Shown one piece after another: positions 1-9,117 of a stretch of DNA of 64,000 bases (position 1 is its first letter; every line of letters starts with the position of its first letter). This DNA comes from an uncultured delta proteobacterium (GTDB lineage Bacteria > Myxococcota_A > Polyangia > Polyangiales > Polyangiaceae). Location: NCBI GenBank assembly GCA_963841435.1, contig CAWJCS010000003.1, positions 480,001 to 544,000 of the forward strand. Reading direction: 5' to 3'. The notes under the pieces were generated by a model. That model was given only the letters and a program-made list of their open reading frames with translations, was not told the DNA's origin and made no database searches. Both the position numbers and the translations under genes were made by a program.

Positions 1-779
1 GGCCTGGCGAAAGGCGCCACGGCCGGCGCCCGCGGGACGCCGGCAACCGGGGGCCGGCGTCCCGACGATCCCTGCACGACGACACCGAGCAGGACTCCTG
101 TGATGGCCGCCGAACCGAGGAGGAGGAAGGCCTGACTCGTCGACCAGCGCGTGGAACCGGGGGCCTGGCGGCGACTTCGAGTGCCGGGCACCCACGAGCG
201 GTTCGAGCCCGTTGTGGAGGCGGGGGGCGCGCTCTTCGCGGGCGCCGCGCTCTTCGCGGGCGCCGCGCTCTTCGCGGGCGCCGCGCTCGGCGCCCGTGGC
301 GGCGGCGTCTGTGATGGGGCGAAGGGGCCAACGAAGTCCGGCGGCGGGAGCGGCCTCGACGTCCTGGACGGTGGCGGCAACAGTGGGCCCGCTGGCGAGG
401 GCAGCGTGCGCAACTTCAGCGTCGTCGGGGACTCCGGAGGCGCGGAGGAACGCGAGCGGGGTGGCGGCGGGGGAACGGAAGGACGTGGGGGTGGGACCGA
501 AGAGGGACGGCGCTGTGAGGCCGGCACGACGGCCGCCGGGGTCCCTCCCGCATGGGCGATACGAGGAGACGCCCTGATCGAGCCGTCGGCACCGAGCAAC
601 CCGCTGACGGCGGCCGTCCCGAGCAGCTTGCCGTAAACCGCATGCAATACCTCGCCGGCGTTCAGGTAAATCTTGCCGACGCCGTCGCTCGTCGTCACTT
701 CGATCGCGCCGCTCGTTCGATTTTGCACGGCGAATTCGAGCAACTTCGAAAGAGTCGCCTCCGGGAGACAGATCAGCAT
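1..779 (-). CDS. DUF4388 (PATAN-like) domain protein with Pro-rich linker and TM segment; runs off the left edge of the window
   Basis: Not in the ORF track because it has no stop in the window. Manual translation from ATG 779 gives MLICLPEATLSKLLEFAVQNRTSGAIEVTTSDGVGKIYLNAGEVLHAVYGKLLG (DUF4388-like), then a Pro/Ser-rich linker and the hydrophobic FLLLGSAAITGVLLGVVV. Confidence 0.7.
   Translation of the reverse strand, partial: MLICLPEATLSKLLEFAVQNRTSGAIEVTTSDGVGKIYLNAGEVLHAVYGKLLGTAAVSGLLGADGSIRASPRIAHAGGTPAAVVPASQRRPSSVPPPRPSVPPPPPRSRSSAPPESPTTLKLRTLPSPAGPLLPPPSRTSRPLPPPDFVGPFAPSQTPPPRAPSAAPAKSAAPAKSAAPAKSAPPASTTGSNRSWVPGTRSRRQAPGSTRWSTSQAFLLLGSAAITGVLLGVVVQGSSGRRPPVAGVPRAPAVAPFAR
228..288. 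repeat. 18-bp tandem repeat, about 3 copies, encoding (PAKSAA)n in the minus-strand CDS
   Basis: cgcgctcttcgcgggcgc repeated. Confidence 0.9.
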
Positions 780-939
780 GGCGTCGGGGCGGAGCACTGT
801 GCCGACTCTGGATTGCCTTGGCGTGCCTCTCGCATGACGGTGGAGTGAGAACGCCGAGAGCAGTTATCCGGTCATCGACTAGTTGCCGAACGGTCACGAT
901 TTTCGCGCAACCGTTCGTGCGATGTGTGTCGCAAAAGCG

Positions 940-1476
940 ATGCGAAGCTGGAACTCGTCCGCCTGGGGCACGGCCGTGGCCTGCGCGCTGGCGTTACTCG
1001 CGTGCATGGACAGCGGGCCCGCCGTGGCGGAACATTTCGATCCTGCGCGCTTCCAGGGGCACTGGTACGAAATCGCGCGCATCCCCCGCGATTACGACGC
1101 GCGGTGCGAAGACACGACCGCCGACTACCGCCTTGTCGAATCCGGGTCGCTCGAGCTCGTGCACCGGTGCCGCCTCGGGTCGAAAAGCGGCTCCGTGTCG
1201 GAGCTTCGCGCCACCCTCGATTCTGACGACCCGGATGCCGAGGCGAAGCTCACGATAGAGCTCGGCCTGTATCGCGGCGCCTACTGGGTACTGGACGTCG
1301 GCAACGACTACGAATACGCGGTGATCGGCCATCCCTCTCGGGCCATGGCGTGGATCCTCGCCCGCACACCCGAGATGGAGGACGACAGCTATGCTCGTGC
1401 GCTCGATCTGCTCACCCGGCAGGGGTTTGCCACGCAACAGCTCAGGCTCACGCCCCAGTCGGACACACCGCACTGA
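940..1476 (+). CDS. blc: Bacterial lipocalin (Blc family) lipoprotein
   Basis: GHWYEIAR lipocalin motif, YWVLDVGNDYEYAVIG, WILAR; lipobox LLAC after ATG 940. Confidence 0.85.
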   Translation: MRSWNSSAWGTAVACALALLACMDSGPAVAEHFDPARFQGHWYEIARIPRDYDARCEDTTADYRLVESGSLELVHRCRLGSKSGSVSELRATLDSDDPDAEAKLTIELGLYRGAYWVLDVGNDYEYAVIGHPSRAMAWILARTPEMEDDSYARALDLLTRQGFATQQLRLTPQSDTPH

Positions 1477-1485
1477 GCGCACGGC

Positions 1486-2601
1486 ATGACCCCGCGACCG
1501 CGTCGTTGGATCCGCCTGGCGAAATGCGCAACCGCCGGCGCGCTCGTCGCTCTCGTCGTTACCGCGCCGGCATTCGCTCGGGACGGGACACCGGAACAGC
1601 CTGCAAATACGGATGATCCACCGCTCGCCGCCGTGCGGGCGGACGAGGCAAAGCGCCTATTTTCGGAAGCCGCGGTGCTCTACGACGCCGGACAGATCCC
1701 TCTAGCGTGCAAGAAATTCGAAACGAGTGAAAGGCTTCACTCCGGCCTCGGTACCAAGTTTCGCCTGGCGGACTGTTGGGAGCGCATCGGACGGATCGCA
1801 AGCGCGCGGGCCGGATTCATCGAGGTCGCCAACGGGGCGCAGCGGCTCGGGCAACCGGAGCGGGAACGCGCCGCACGGGAACGCGCCGAGCAACTCACGC
1901 CGCGTCTTTCGTACCTCGTCGTCCAAAGCGAGCCGTCGGAAGGGCTCGAGGTCCGAAGGGAGGGAACGCTCGTCGAGGACGTCGATCTCGGCAGAGCCCT
2001 GCCGGTCGACCCCGGTTCGTACGAGATCACACTCAAGCGGCAAGGCGCGACGATCTGGTCAACCACGGCTCGTGTCCACGAGGCAGAGCGGACGGTCGTG
2101 ATAGCTCCGCTGCCCGCGACGACCGGTGCACCGGTCGCTGCGTCGGAGCCGGTCGCCGCGGTGGCGCCCGCCGAACGTCCACGAGCGCAGCCAGCGGTCG
2201 AGCCGACCGCGACGGAGTCCGAGCGACCGGGACCCTTGCGACGCGGGGTGACGTTGGCCCTGGCGGGAACCGGCGTCGGTGCCTTGCTCGCCGGGACCGC
2301 GCTCATCGCCCATTCCGTGAGCAGCACCCGCGACGCGGACGCCCCTTGTCTTTCGGGTCCGGTCTGCAGCCCCTCGGAGGCGGCGCAACGCGCGGAGCTT
2401 CGAGATGACGCTCATCGGGAGCGGCTGCTCGGCATCGTGGGCGTCTCGGTCGGCGCGGTCGCCGTGCTGTCGGCAACGTACCTCTACGCAACCGCACCGC
2501 ATGGTGGCGACCAGGAAGCGGCGGCGAGAGGTCCCGCGGTGGATTTCACTGCTTCCGTAGGTCCGAATCGTTGCGTGGCCAGCGTTCGCGGCAAATTCTG
2601 A
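1486..2601 (+). CDS. TPR + PEGA-like exported protein with C-terminal hydrophobic segments
   Basis: Signal peptide; AKRLFSEA..ACKKFETS..GTKFRLADCWE (TPR); LPVDPGSYEI (PEGA-like); C-terminal GKF. Confidence 0.7.
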   Translation: MTPRPRRWIRLAKCATAGALVALVVTAPAFARDGTPEQPANTDDPPLAAVRADEAKRLFSEAAVLYDAGQIPLACKKFETSERLHSGLGTKFRLADCWERIGRIASARAGFIEVANGAQRLGQPERERAARERAEQLTPRLSYLVVQSEPSEGLEVRREGTLVEDVDLGRALPVDPGSYEITLKRQGATIWSTTARVHEAERTVVIAPLPATTGAPVAASEPVAAVAPAERPRAQPAVEPTATESERPGPLRRGVTLALAGTGVGALLAGTALIAHSVSSTRDADAPCLSGPVCSPSEAAQRAELRDDAHRERLLGIVGVSVGAVAVLSATYLYATAPHGGDQEAAARGPAVDFTASVGPNRCVASVRGKF

Positions 2602-2645
2602 CGCCACCGCCCTCGTACCCCGTGATGTCGGCACCGCGTGCTGGT

Positions 2646-2660
2646 TTCCGAAAAGCGGAA
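2646..2660. promoter_or_regulatory. Palindromic operator candidate TTCCG-N5-CGGAA, copy 1
   Basis: TTCCG AAAAG CGGAA, intergenic; the motif recurs six times in the region. Confidence 0.65.
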
Positions 2661-2728
2661 TCGCTGCGTGGCGCTGCCGTCATGAATTCCGATCGAGAGC
2701 GTGACGTCTCGATCCCGGCAAGCGGGTG

Positions 2729-2743
2729 CTCCGATTTTCGGAA
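2729..2743. promoter_or_regulatory. Palindromic operator candidate, copy 2
   Basis: CTCCG ATTTT CGGAA. Confidence 0.6.
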
Positions 2744-2909
2744 AGGAGCAGAACCCGGGCGCGATGAAACCGCACGTGCACCGCAGCCGAGACGACACCG
2801 CTCGGACGCGACACAAGATGCCGAATCGTCACACCGGACGGGCGATCGAGGCTGTAAAAAGCGGCTGGCGTCCGCGTCATCTCTTCCGCCCTAGCGGCGC
2901 CCTCGGTCG

Positions 2910-4043
2910 ATGCAGGCCTCATTGCACGCCTCCCAGAACGACCCCACGCGGGGGTGCGACGCATCACGCCCGGGGCCCTTCGACATCGACATCCATGCCA
3001 AGCGGGTACCGATGCAAGGTTCGTCGCCCCATTCATCAGAGGATGCCCTTCTCGATGGCAACGAAGCGCCTGGCGGTTCGTCGATCGAGCGATTCGCCTC
3101 GGGGGGGTCGGGGCCGGGTCGCTCGGTGGGTCAACTCACAACGGAGTCGACCGCGATGCGCCAGCTTTTCGTCGAGCTCGAGCGCCTAGCAGCGACCACG
3201 ACCACCGTCACTTTGGTCGGAGAAACAGGCACGGGCAAGGAGGCGCTGGCTCGCGCGACCCACGCAGTTGGCCCACGAGCGGGGGAGGCGTTCGTCAAGT
3301 TCGACTGCTCGGGCATTTCGCCCTGCGTCGTCGCGCGGGAGCTTTTCGGAGAGGAACCGCCAGCGTCGATGGACGCCCCGACGAGGGAGCCCGGTGCCCT
3401 CGAGCGAGCTGCGGCAGGAACGCTCTATTTGGAGTGCATCGCCGAGCTGTCGCTCGAAGTGCAGGGTCTACTCGCGGCCGAGTTCCAGCGGCGGGCGGCC
3501 CGCCACGCGGCCGGAAGCATCGTGCCGTCTTTTCACGCTCGCGTCATCGCTTCAACGCATCGCGACCTGAAGTCACTCGTATCGCTAAATCTGTTTCGAG
3601 AGGACCTGTACGTTCACCTGTTGGGCGCTGTCGTCAACGTGCCGCCCCTTCGCGCCCGGCTCGACGACCTCCCCCTAGTCGTTCCACAACTGCTCGCGTT
3701 GCTCGGCCGGAGCGACCTCACGCTGGAGCCGCACGCGTACGAAGCGCTGCGCGCCGAGGGCTGGCGTGGCAACTTTCGCCAGCTCGAAAAAACTCTCACA
3801 ATTGCGCTCTATCGCTCCGAAGGAGGCGCACTCGACGCCGAAGCGCTGCGCGCCGCAATGAGCGAGGCACAGGACGCCGAGCTCGACACGCTACCGCTGG
3901 GCGGCCAGCCTCTTGCTCGAATCGAGCGCGCCGCCATCCGGCAGACGCTGGCGCAGAGTGGTGGCATGAAGAGTCGTGCGGCGCAGACGCTCGGCATTGC
4001 ACTCTCGACGCTCTACGACAAGCTCAAGAAGTACGATCTTTGA
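2910..4043 (+). CDS. Sigma54-interacting AAA+/Fis-HTH family regulator, degenerate (no GAFTGA, altered Walker B); start may be 3012
   Basis: Walker A GETGTGKE; RVIASTHRDL; FREDLY; WRGNFRQL; C-terminal HTH AAQTLGIALSTLYDKLKKY. Confidence 0.85.
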   Translation: MQASLHASQNDPTRGCDASRPGPFDIDIHAKRVPMQGSSPHSSEDALLDGNEAPGGSSIERFASGGSGPGRSVGQLTTESTAMRQLFVELERLAATTTTVTLVGETGTGKEALARATHAVGPRAGEAFVKFDCSGISPCVVARELFGEEPPASMDAPTREPGALERAAAGTLYLECIAELSLEVQGLLAAEFQRRAARHAAGSIVPSFHARVIASTHRDLKSLVSLNLFREDLYVHLLGAVVNVPPLRARLDDLPLVVPQLLALLGRSDLTLEPHAYEALRAEGWRGNFRQLEKTLTIALYRSEGGALDAEALRAAMSEAQDAELDTLPLGGQPLARIERAAIRQTLAQSGGMKSRAAQTLGIALSTLYDKLKKYDL

Positions 4044-4103
4044 GCGGTGCAAACAGCGTTTTTCGAGAGCTTTTCCGGGCGAGACGCGACGAGTCGTCCA
4101 GCG

Positions 4104-5328
4104 ATGCAGGCCGTTCCCATCAAGCGCTGCCTACCGTCCGTCTCGATCCTGTGGGGCATCGCGTTCGGGCTCCTGACGTTGCTGTGCGCCCCACATGCGC
4201 ACGCGTACACGTGGATGATCCGGCACGGCTACGCGACCTGCACGCCGTGCCACCTGGACCCGTCGGGCGGCAGCGTCCTCACGCAATACGGCCGTACCGT
4301 GGGAGGCCTGCTTCTCACGACCGACTACGTCAACCGGAACGCCGAGGAGAGCGAACCCTCCGCCATCCACGACTTCGCGTTCGGCGTGATCCCTCTGCCC
4401 GAACAGCTGATGCTCGGCGGTGATACTCGACTGCTCTACTATTCGAACAAGCTCCAGGGCGTGACGCCGAGGAACGAATTTTTGCTGATGCAGGCCGACA
4501 TGACGGCCGGCGTGTCCTGGAACAACGTTCTGGCCGGCGCGAGCCTCGGATACGCGGCTCAGGGGGCCTTTGCCGCGTCGCTCACGCGCGGCGACGATCA
4601 CAATCTGGTTTCGAGACACCACTGGATCGGCTACCAAATCAGCGAATCTCAGGGGCTCGTGTTGCGCGCGGGGCGCATGAACCTGCCCTTCGGGATCCGC
4701 GACGTGGCGCACACGCTTTTCGTCCGCGAGAACACGGCAACGCGCATCGACAGCGACCAGCAGCATGGCGTCGCCGCGAGCTGGTCTCCCGGATGGTGTC
4801 ACGCGGAGCTCATGGCCATTGTCGGCAACTTCCAGCTACGGCCCGACGAGTACCGGGAACGCGGGTACAGCGGCGTCTTCGAGTGGTTTCCGACGAGCCG
4901 GCTCGGCATCGGCGCGAGCTCCCTCGTCACTCATCGCGGCCTCGACGATCTCTTCCTCAAGGAGGCGTGGCGCCAGGCCCATGGCATTTTCGCCCGCTGG
5001 GCCACGGGGTGGGAGCCGCTCGTGGTGATGGGAGAAGCGGACTACGTGCTCCGCTCCGCCAAGCAAGAGTTCCGCCGCCGGGGATTCGCGGGGTATCTCC
5101 AAGCAGATCTCGAGCCGCTGCAGGGTCTTCACGTCGTCTTGACCGGCGAAGCGGAGAACGTCGGCGTGCGCGGTACCCCGCTCTCCTTCGGCGCTTGGCT
5201 CTCGGAGATCTCGGTTCCTCGCCCCACACGCCGACGTCCGAGTTGACAATGTCTACCAGCGCTTCGCGGATGAATTCGGCACCCTGGACTCCTTGACGCT
5301 GCTTCTCCAGGCCCACCTCTATCTCTAG
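4104..5328 (+). CDS. Exported monoheme (CxxCH)-beta-barrel/porin fusion protein; +1 frameshift near 5212
   Basis: Signal peptide ending AHA; CTPCH; alternating beta-strand pattern. Removing c5212 gives ..EIWFLAPHADVRVD..LLLQAHLYL-stop (TAG 5326-5328), an outer-membrane-protein-like C-terminus. Confidence 0.7.
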
Positions 5329-5336
5329 AACCAACC

Positions 5337-6032
5337 ATGCGCCGTCCAACCGAGCAAACGTCGCCCTCTGGCGCTCCGGGCGAAGCGCTGCCCTGGGCCG
5401 TGCAAACAGGCCGCGGCTCGTGCCGTCGAGCCACCGGCGCATGCGCCGCTGTCGTCGCGCTCGGCGCTTGGCTCGTGGCGGGCCCCGCCGTGGCGTCCCC
5501 GACCTTCCCGGCCGTCGTCGAAGGGTATTGGCACGTGAGCAGCCTGCCCGTACCGGGCCAAGGCTGTCGTCTGTGTCATTCGACCGATGCCGGGGTCACC
5601 GTCACGCAGCCCTTCGGCAAGACGGTCCGCGCCCTCGGCGCGCGCGACAAGGACAATGCTTCGCTGCGATCCGCACTCGATAGGGTGCGCGTGAACGGCT
5701 ACGACAGCGACGGCGACGGCATCGCCGACTATCAGGAGCTTGCGATCGACGAGACGAACCCCAGCGATCCACACTCTTTCGTCGCGCCACCCGTCATGAT
5801 CGGTGAAGGCGGGGCTGGAGGCGCAGGCGAAGGAGGCTTCGGGGGCGAGGCTCCCCGGCCCCCCGCGCCACCAACCCCACCCCCATTGCCGCCGCTGCTC
5901 GAGCATGGTTGCTCGTTCGGAGCCGCGGGCAAAATGGACACCGGCGTCGAGCTTGTTCTCGCCTTTTTGTTCTTACCTGCGCTCCTCCGCGCGCGCCGCG
6001 AAGCACGGCGCGACCCACGCCCTCGAGGGTGA
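5337..6032 (+). CDS. Exported CxxCH protein with a DSDGDG Ca-binding-type motif and a MYXO-CTERM-like tail
   Basis: Hydrophobic signal ..PAVA; CRLCH; DSDGDGIADYQE; Gly/Pro linker; GCS..hydrophobic stretch..RARR. Start codon uncertain. Confidence 0.65.
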   Translation: MRRPTEQTSPSGAPGEALPWAVQTGRGSCRRATGACAAVVALGAWLVAGPAVASPTFPAVVEGYWHVSSLPVPGQGCRLCHSTDAGVTVTQPFGKTVRALGARDKDNASLRSALDRVRVNGYDSDGDGIADYQELAIDETNPSDPHSFVAPPVMIGEGGAGGAGEGGFGGEAPRPPAPPTPPPLPPLLEHGCSFGAAGKMDTGVELVLAFLFLPALLRARREARRDPRPRG

Positions 6033-6057
6033 CGGCCGGGGCGTTTTTCGCCGCGAC

Positions 6058-7194
6058 CTAGAATGCGCCGCGAAGCGCGGCTCCCCAGGTGCCGCGCTCC
6101 CCGACAATGGGCTCGGCGCTGAAATGGAGCGAGCGGCTTGCGCTCCTCGCCTTTTCGCCTCCGTGTCCGGAGAGGAAAAGGTAGCTTGCGCTCGCGAGCG
6201 CCGCGACCCCGACGCTCGCACCGACGAAGGCCCAGGTCCGAGCCGTGCGCGCTTCATCCACGAGCCGCGCGTGCTCTATGATTTCGTACTGGGTGCACCC
6301 CACCCCGCTCGGGCAAAGGTCCTGCGCGTCTCCGTTGGAGGTGCGATACCTGACACCGAACCAGACGCCGGCGGCGACCCCAACGACGCCGGCCGTGCCG
6401 AGCGTGTAAGCCGCAATGCGGCGACCGGGTCCGGACGAACGCGCGTCCTCTCGTTTCCGCTGCGCTGGCGGAGCCATCCGCGCTGGTGCGGCGCTCGGTG
6501 TCTGATGTGCGTCCTCGAGCGAGGGAATCGCGAGGGCATACGTCGTGCCGGGATCCTTCACCTCGAACGTCTTGGACCAGCTGCGCTTTTCTTCGGCGGA
6601 GACCGCGACGACGTAGTGACCCGGGTTGACCGGCAGGGACTTTCCCCAGTCGGCAGGCGCGATCGGCTCGTCGTTCATCTTCACCTCGGGACTCTGCGCG
6701 CGGGTCTTTTCGTCGACGTCGACGCGGACACGCGAGAGAGTGGGAGCAACGGCCAGCATGCGTTCCCTGGCGACCGCGGCGCGGTCGAGCTGTCCTGCCT
6801 TGAACGAGCGCAGTGCTACCTTCTCGAAAAGCTCGTAGGCGCTCGCCGTGCGACCGAGGGCCTGCCAGCAGCTCGCGAGGTGGAACGAGGTCCCGAGCGC
6901 GTCGTAAAGCGTAAGGCTCGCCTCGAGCTTCTGACAACCGAGCTCGTAGCTACCGCTCTCGACGAGAGCGACCCCCGCATTGAAGAGGGTCTCCGCCCGA
7001 GCCTTGTCTTCGGCCGGAGCCGCGGTACTGGCCGCGCCATCACGAACCCGTTCCGCGCTCGCCGGCGCGCTGCTCTCGGCGCGACCTGGCCGCGCGCAAA
7101 ACAGGGTCGCCCCGACCGCAACGACACTCGCAAGTCGCACGACGCTTCCCTGGGTGCCGGCTCGGCGCCCGTACCACTTTCGGATCGTCATCAA
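6058..7194 (-). CDS. TPR + PEGA-like exported protein, paralogue of 1486..2601
   Basis: AETLFNAG..GCQKLEAS..GTSFHLASCWQ; LPVNPGHYVV; C-terminal GAF. Confidence 0.7.
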   Translation of the reverse strand: MMTIRKWYGRRAGTQGSVVRLASVVAVGATLFCARPGRAESSAPASAERVRDGAASTAAPAEDKARAETLFNAGVALVESGSYELGCQKLEASLTLYDALGTSFHLASCWQALGRTASAYELFEKVALRSFKAGQLDRAAVARERMLAVAPTLSRVRVDVDEKTRAQSPEVKMNDEPIAPADWGKSLPVNPGHYVVAVSAEEKRSWSKTFEVKDPGTTYALAIPSLEDAHQTPSAAPARMAPPAQRKREDARSSGPGRRIAAYTLGTAGVVGVAAGVWFGVRYRTSNGDAQDLCPSGVGCTQYEIIEHARLVDEARTARTWAFVGASVGVAALASASYLFLSGHGGEKARSASRSLHFSAEPIVGERGTWGAALRGAF

Positions 7195-8803
7195 TCCATT
7201 CCGGAGAAAAGAGCGTTGGCGTCCAGCGTTGCGGACGGCCTTTCAGTGGCGGGCCGGGGAGCCAGATCGAGGTCAGGCGCCGGGTTTGCCGATTTGGTCT
7301 GCAGACGCGGCGACGGCGCGCGCGCGACGGGTGCCGGGGCGGGCGGCAGCTCCGCAACAGCGGGGTGAGGCGCGCGCGGGCGAGCAACGGGAGCGCCCCG
7401 AGGAGCCGACGCCGGCGCAGGTGCGGTCACGGACGCGGTCGGCGTGGCCGCGGCGGCGAGAGCGGTCGACACGGGCGCGGGGGCAACCGCCGGCTCACCA
7501 ACGCGCGCCGCGGGCGGCATGGCGGGGATCATGCTGCGCATGAGCAACATCGTGATCGCGGCCGCACCGATCCCGATGCTCGCGCCGGCGAACAGCAGCG
7601 TGAGACCCTGCGTGCCGGAGCTCGCCGATCGCGCGTTGTCGTCGGGAGGCGGCGGCCGCGAGCGCACGAGCGCCGTGCTGCGCCTGTGAGAGGCCGGCGG
7701 CGGCATGCTGCCCGGAAGTGGCGGTGGCCGCGTCGTCCTGGCGATGATCCGCTCCATGCGGCTCACGGATGCGCGTGCTTCCGAGGATGCGAAGGGCGAC
7801 AGCGCTACCGCGAGGTCCACGACGCTGCGCGGTCGGGCCTCGGGGTCCTTCTCCAGGCAGGCGAGCACGAGCTCTTCCAGTTCGGGTGGGAACGTCCTGC
7901 CGGAAGAGGTGCAAGGGGCTCGCCATGTCCGCCGCAATCATGGCCAGGAGCGCCATCGGCGTCTCTGCACGGAACGGAGGCGTGCCCGTGATGAGCTCGT
8001 AGAGGATGGCGCCGAGTGCCCAGAACGTCCACGCGCGCGTCGAGCCCCGCTGGGTTGCGGATTTGCTCCGGCGCCATGTACGCTAGCGACGCCTGTGCCC
8101 CCGTGCCGAGCGGCATGCTCAGCCCATCGGTACCGAGCCAGTCCGGAACGAACGGATCGGACACTCCAAAGTCGAGCACTCGCACGAGCGGAGCACCGTC
8201 GGGACGACGCTCGACGAAGATGTTCGACGTGCTCAGCGTTCGATGCAAGACGCCCGCTGCATGGGCTTCCGCAAGGGTCTCGCAGACCGCGAGCGCCACG
8301 TCGGTCGCCTCGGAGACCGGCAGCGGACCCCGCACGCGCAGGATCTCGCTGAGCTCGGGACCATTCGGTAGCTCCGCCGCGCGGTACGGTGCCCCCGAGT
8401 CGAGATGGCCGAAATCGACGATGCGCTCAGCGTGGTCGCTGCGCATCTCGCGAGCCTTTCGCGCGCCGCGCTGAAAGCGGGCGACGGCCTCCGGAGACGC
8501 TGCGGCCTCGGCCGTGAGATGGCGGAGCTGCACCTTGAGGCCGAGCTCGGAGTGTCGTGCCTGGAGGACAACCTCGTGCGCAGTTCGCGCGATCTCGCGT
8601 TCGACCAGGTAGCGGCCGACGATCATGCTGCCGACATCGGACGGTCGTGTCGTGCTCCGCGGCACGCGTTGGGACGGGCGTACGCGCTGCGCGTTTTCCC
8701 GCGGCGGGTCCGTCAAGAGCTCGTGGTCGAAAACCTTCTCCCCCTCGTCCTCGTAGTCACGAGCGCCCGCGGGGTGCAGCGGGTCGTGTTGGTCGGGCGA
8801 CAT
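7191..8803 (-). CDS. Ser/Thr kinase-like (pseudokinase) membrane protein; two +1 frameshifts (~8024, ~7891)
   Basis: Three overlapping ORFs join into one kinase fold: GRYLVERE, LDFGVS, YMAPEQ / DVWALGAILYELITG / PPELEELVLACLEKDPEARP, then a TM segment and Pro-rich tail. Confidence 0.75.
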
Positions 8804-8946
8804 GCGGTACACCATCACTCCGCGGCCAACCTACACCACCGATCGGCGCCCGCCAGCGACAAATCGGCGTCAGAAACGCCGCGGGAAGGGTCGCTGTTTG
8901 GCCTCGACCGGCACTCCAAGTTCACAATGGACGGCAAGCCGTCACT

Positions 8947-8961
8947 TTCCGGAATACGGAA
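8947..8961. promoter_or_regulatory. Palindromic operator candidate, copy 3
   Basis: TTCCG GAATA CGGAA between the divergent pseudokinase and TonB-dependent receptor genes. Confidence 0.65.
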
Positions 8962-9117
8962 ATAGGGACGAGTGATCACGCGTGGTCCCGAGTCTGGAGT
9001 TGCGGGCAGTCCACCAGCCCGTAGTCGGCTAATGGCTCGTCCCGACACAGCGGTAGAGAGTTTTCCCTCGATTCACCGCACCGTCACGGAGAGCGTGCAA
9101 GGGTGCGGGCCCCTCGG

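Noticed and set aside
5803-7368. 521-aa plus-strand ORF
   Set aside because: Antisense shadow of the TPR/PEGA gene; no motifs; typical of high-GC DNA.
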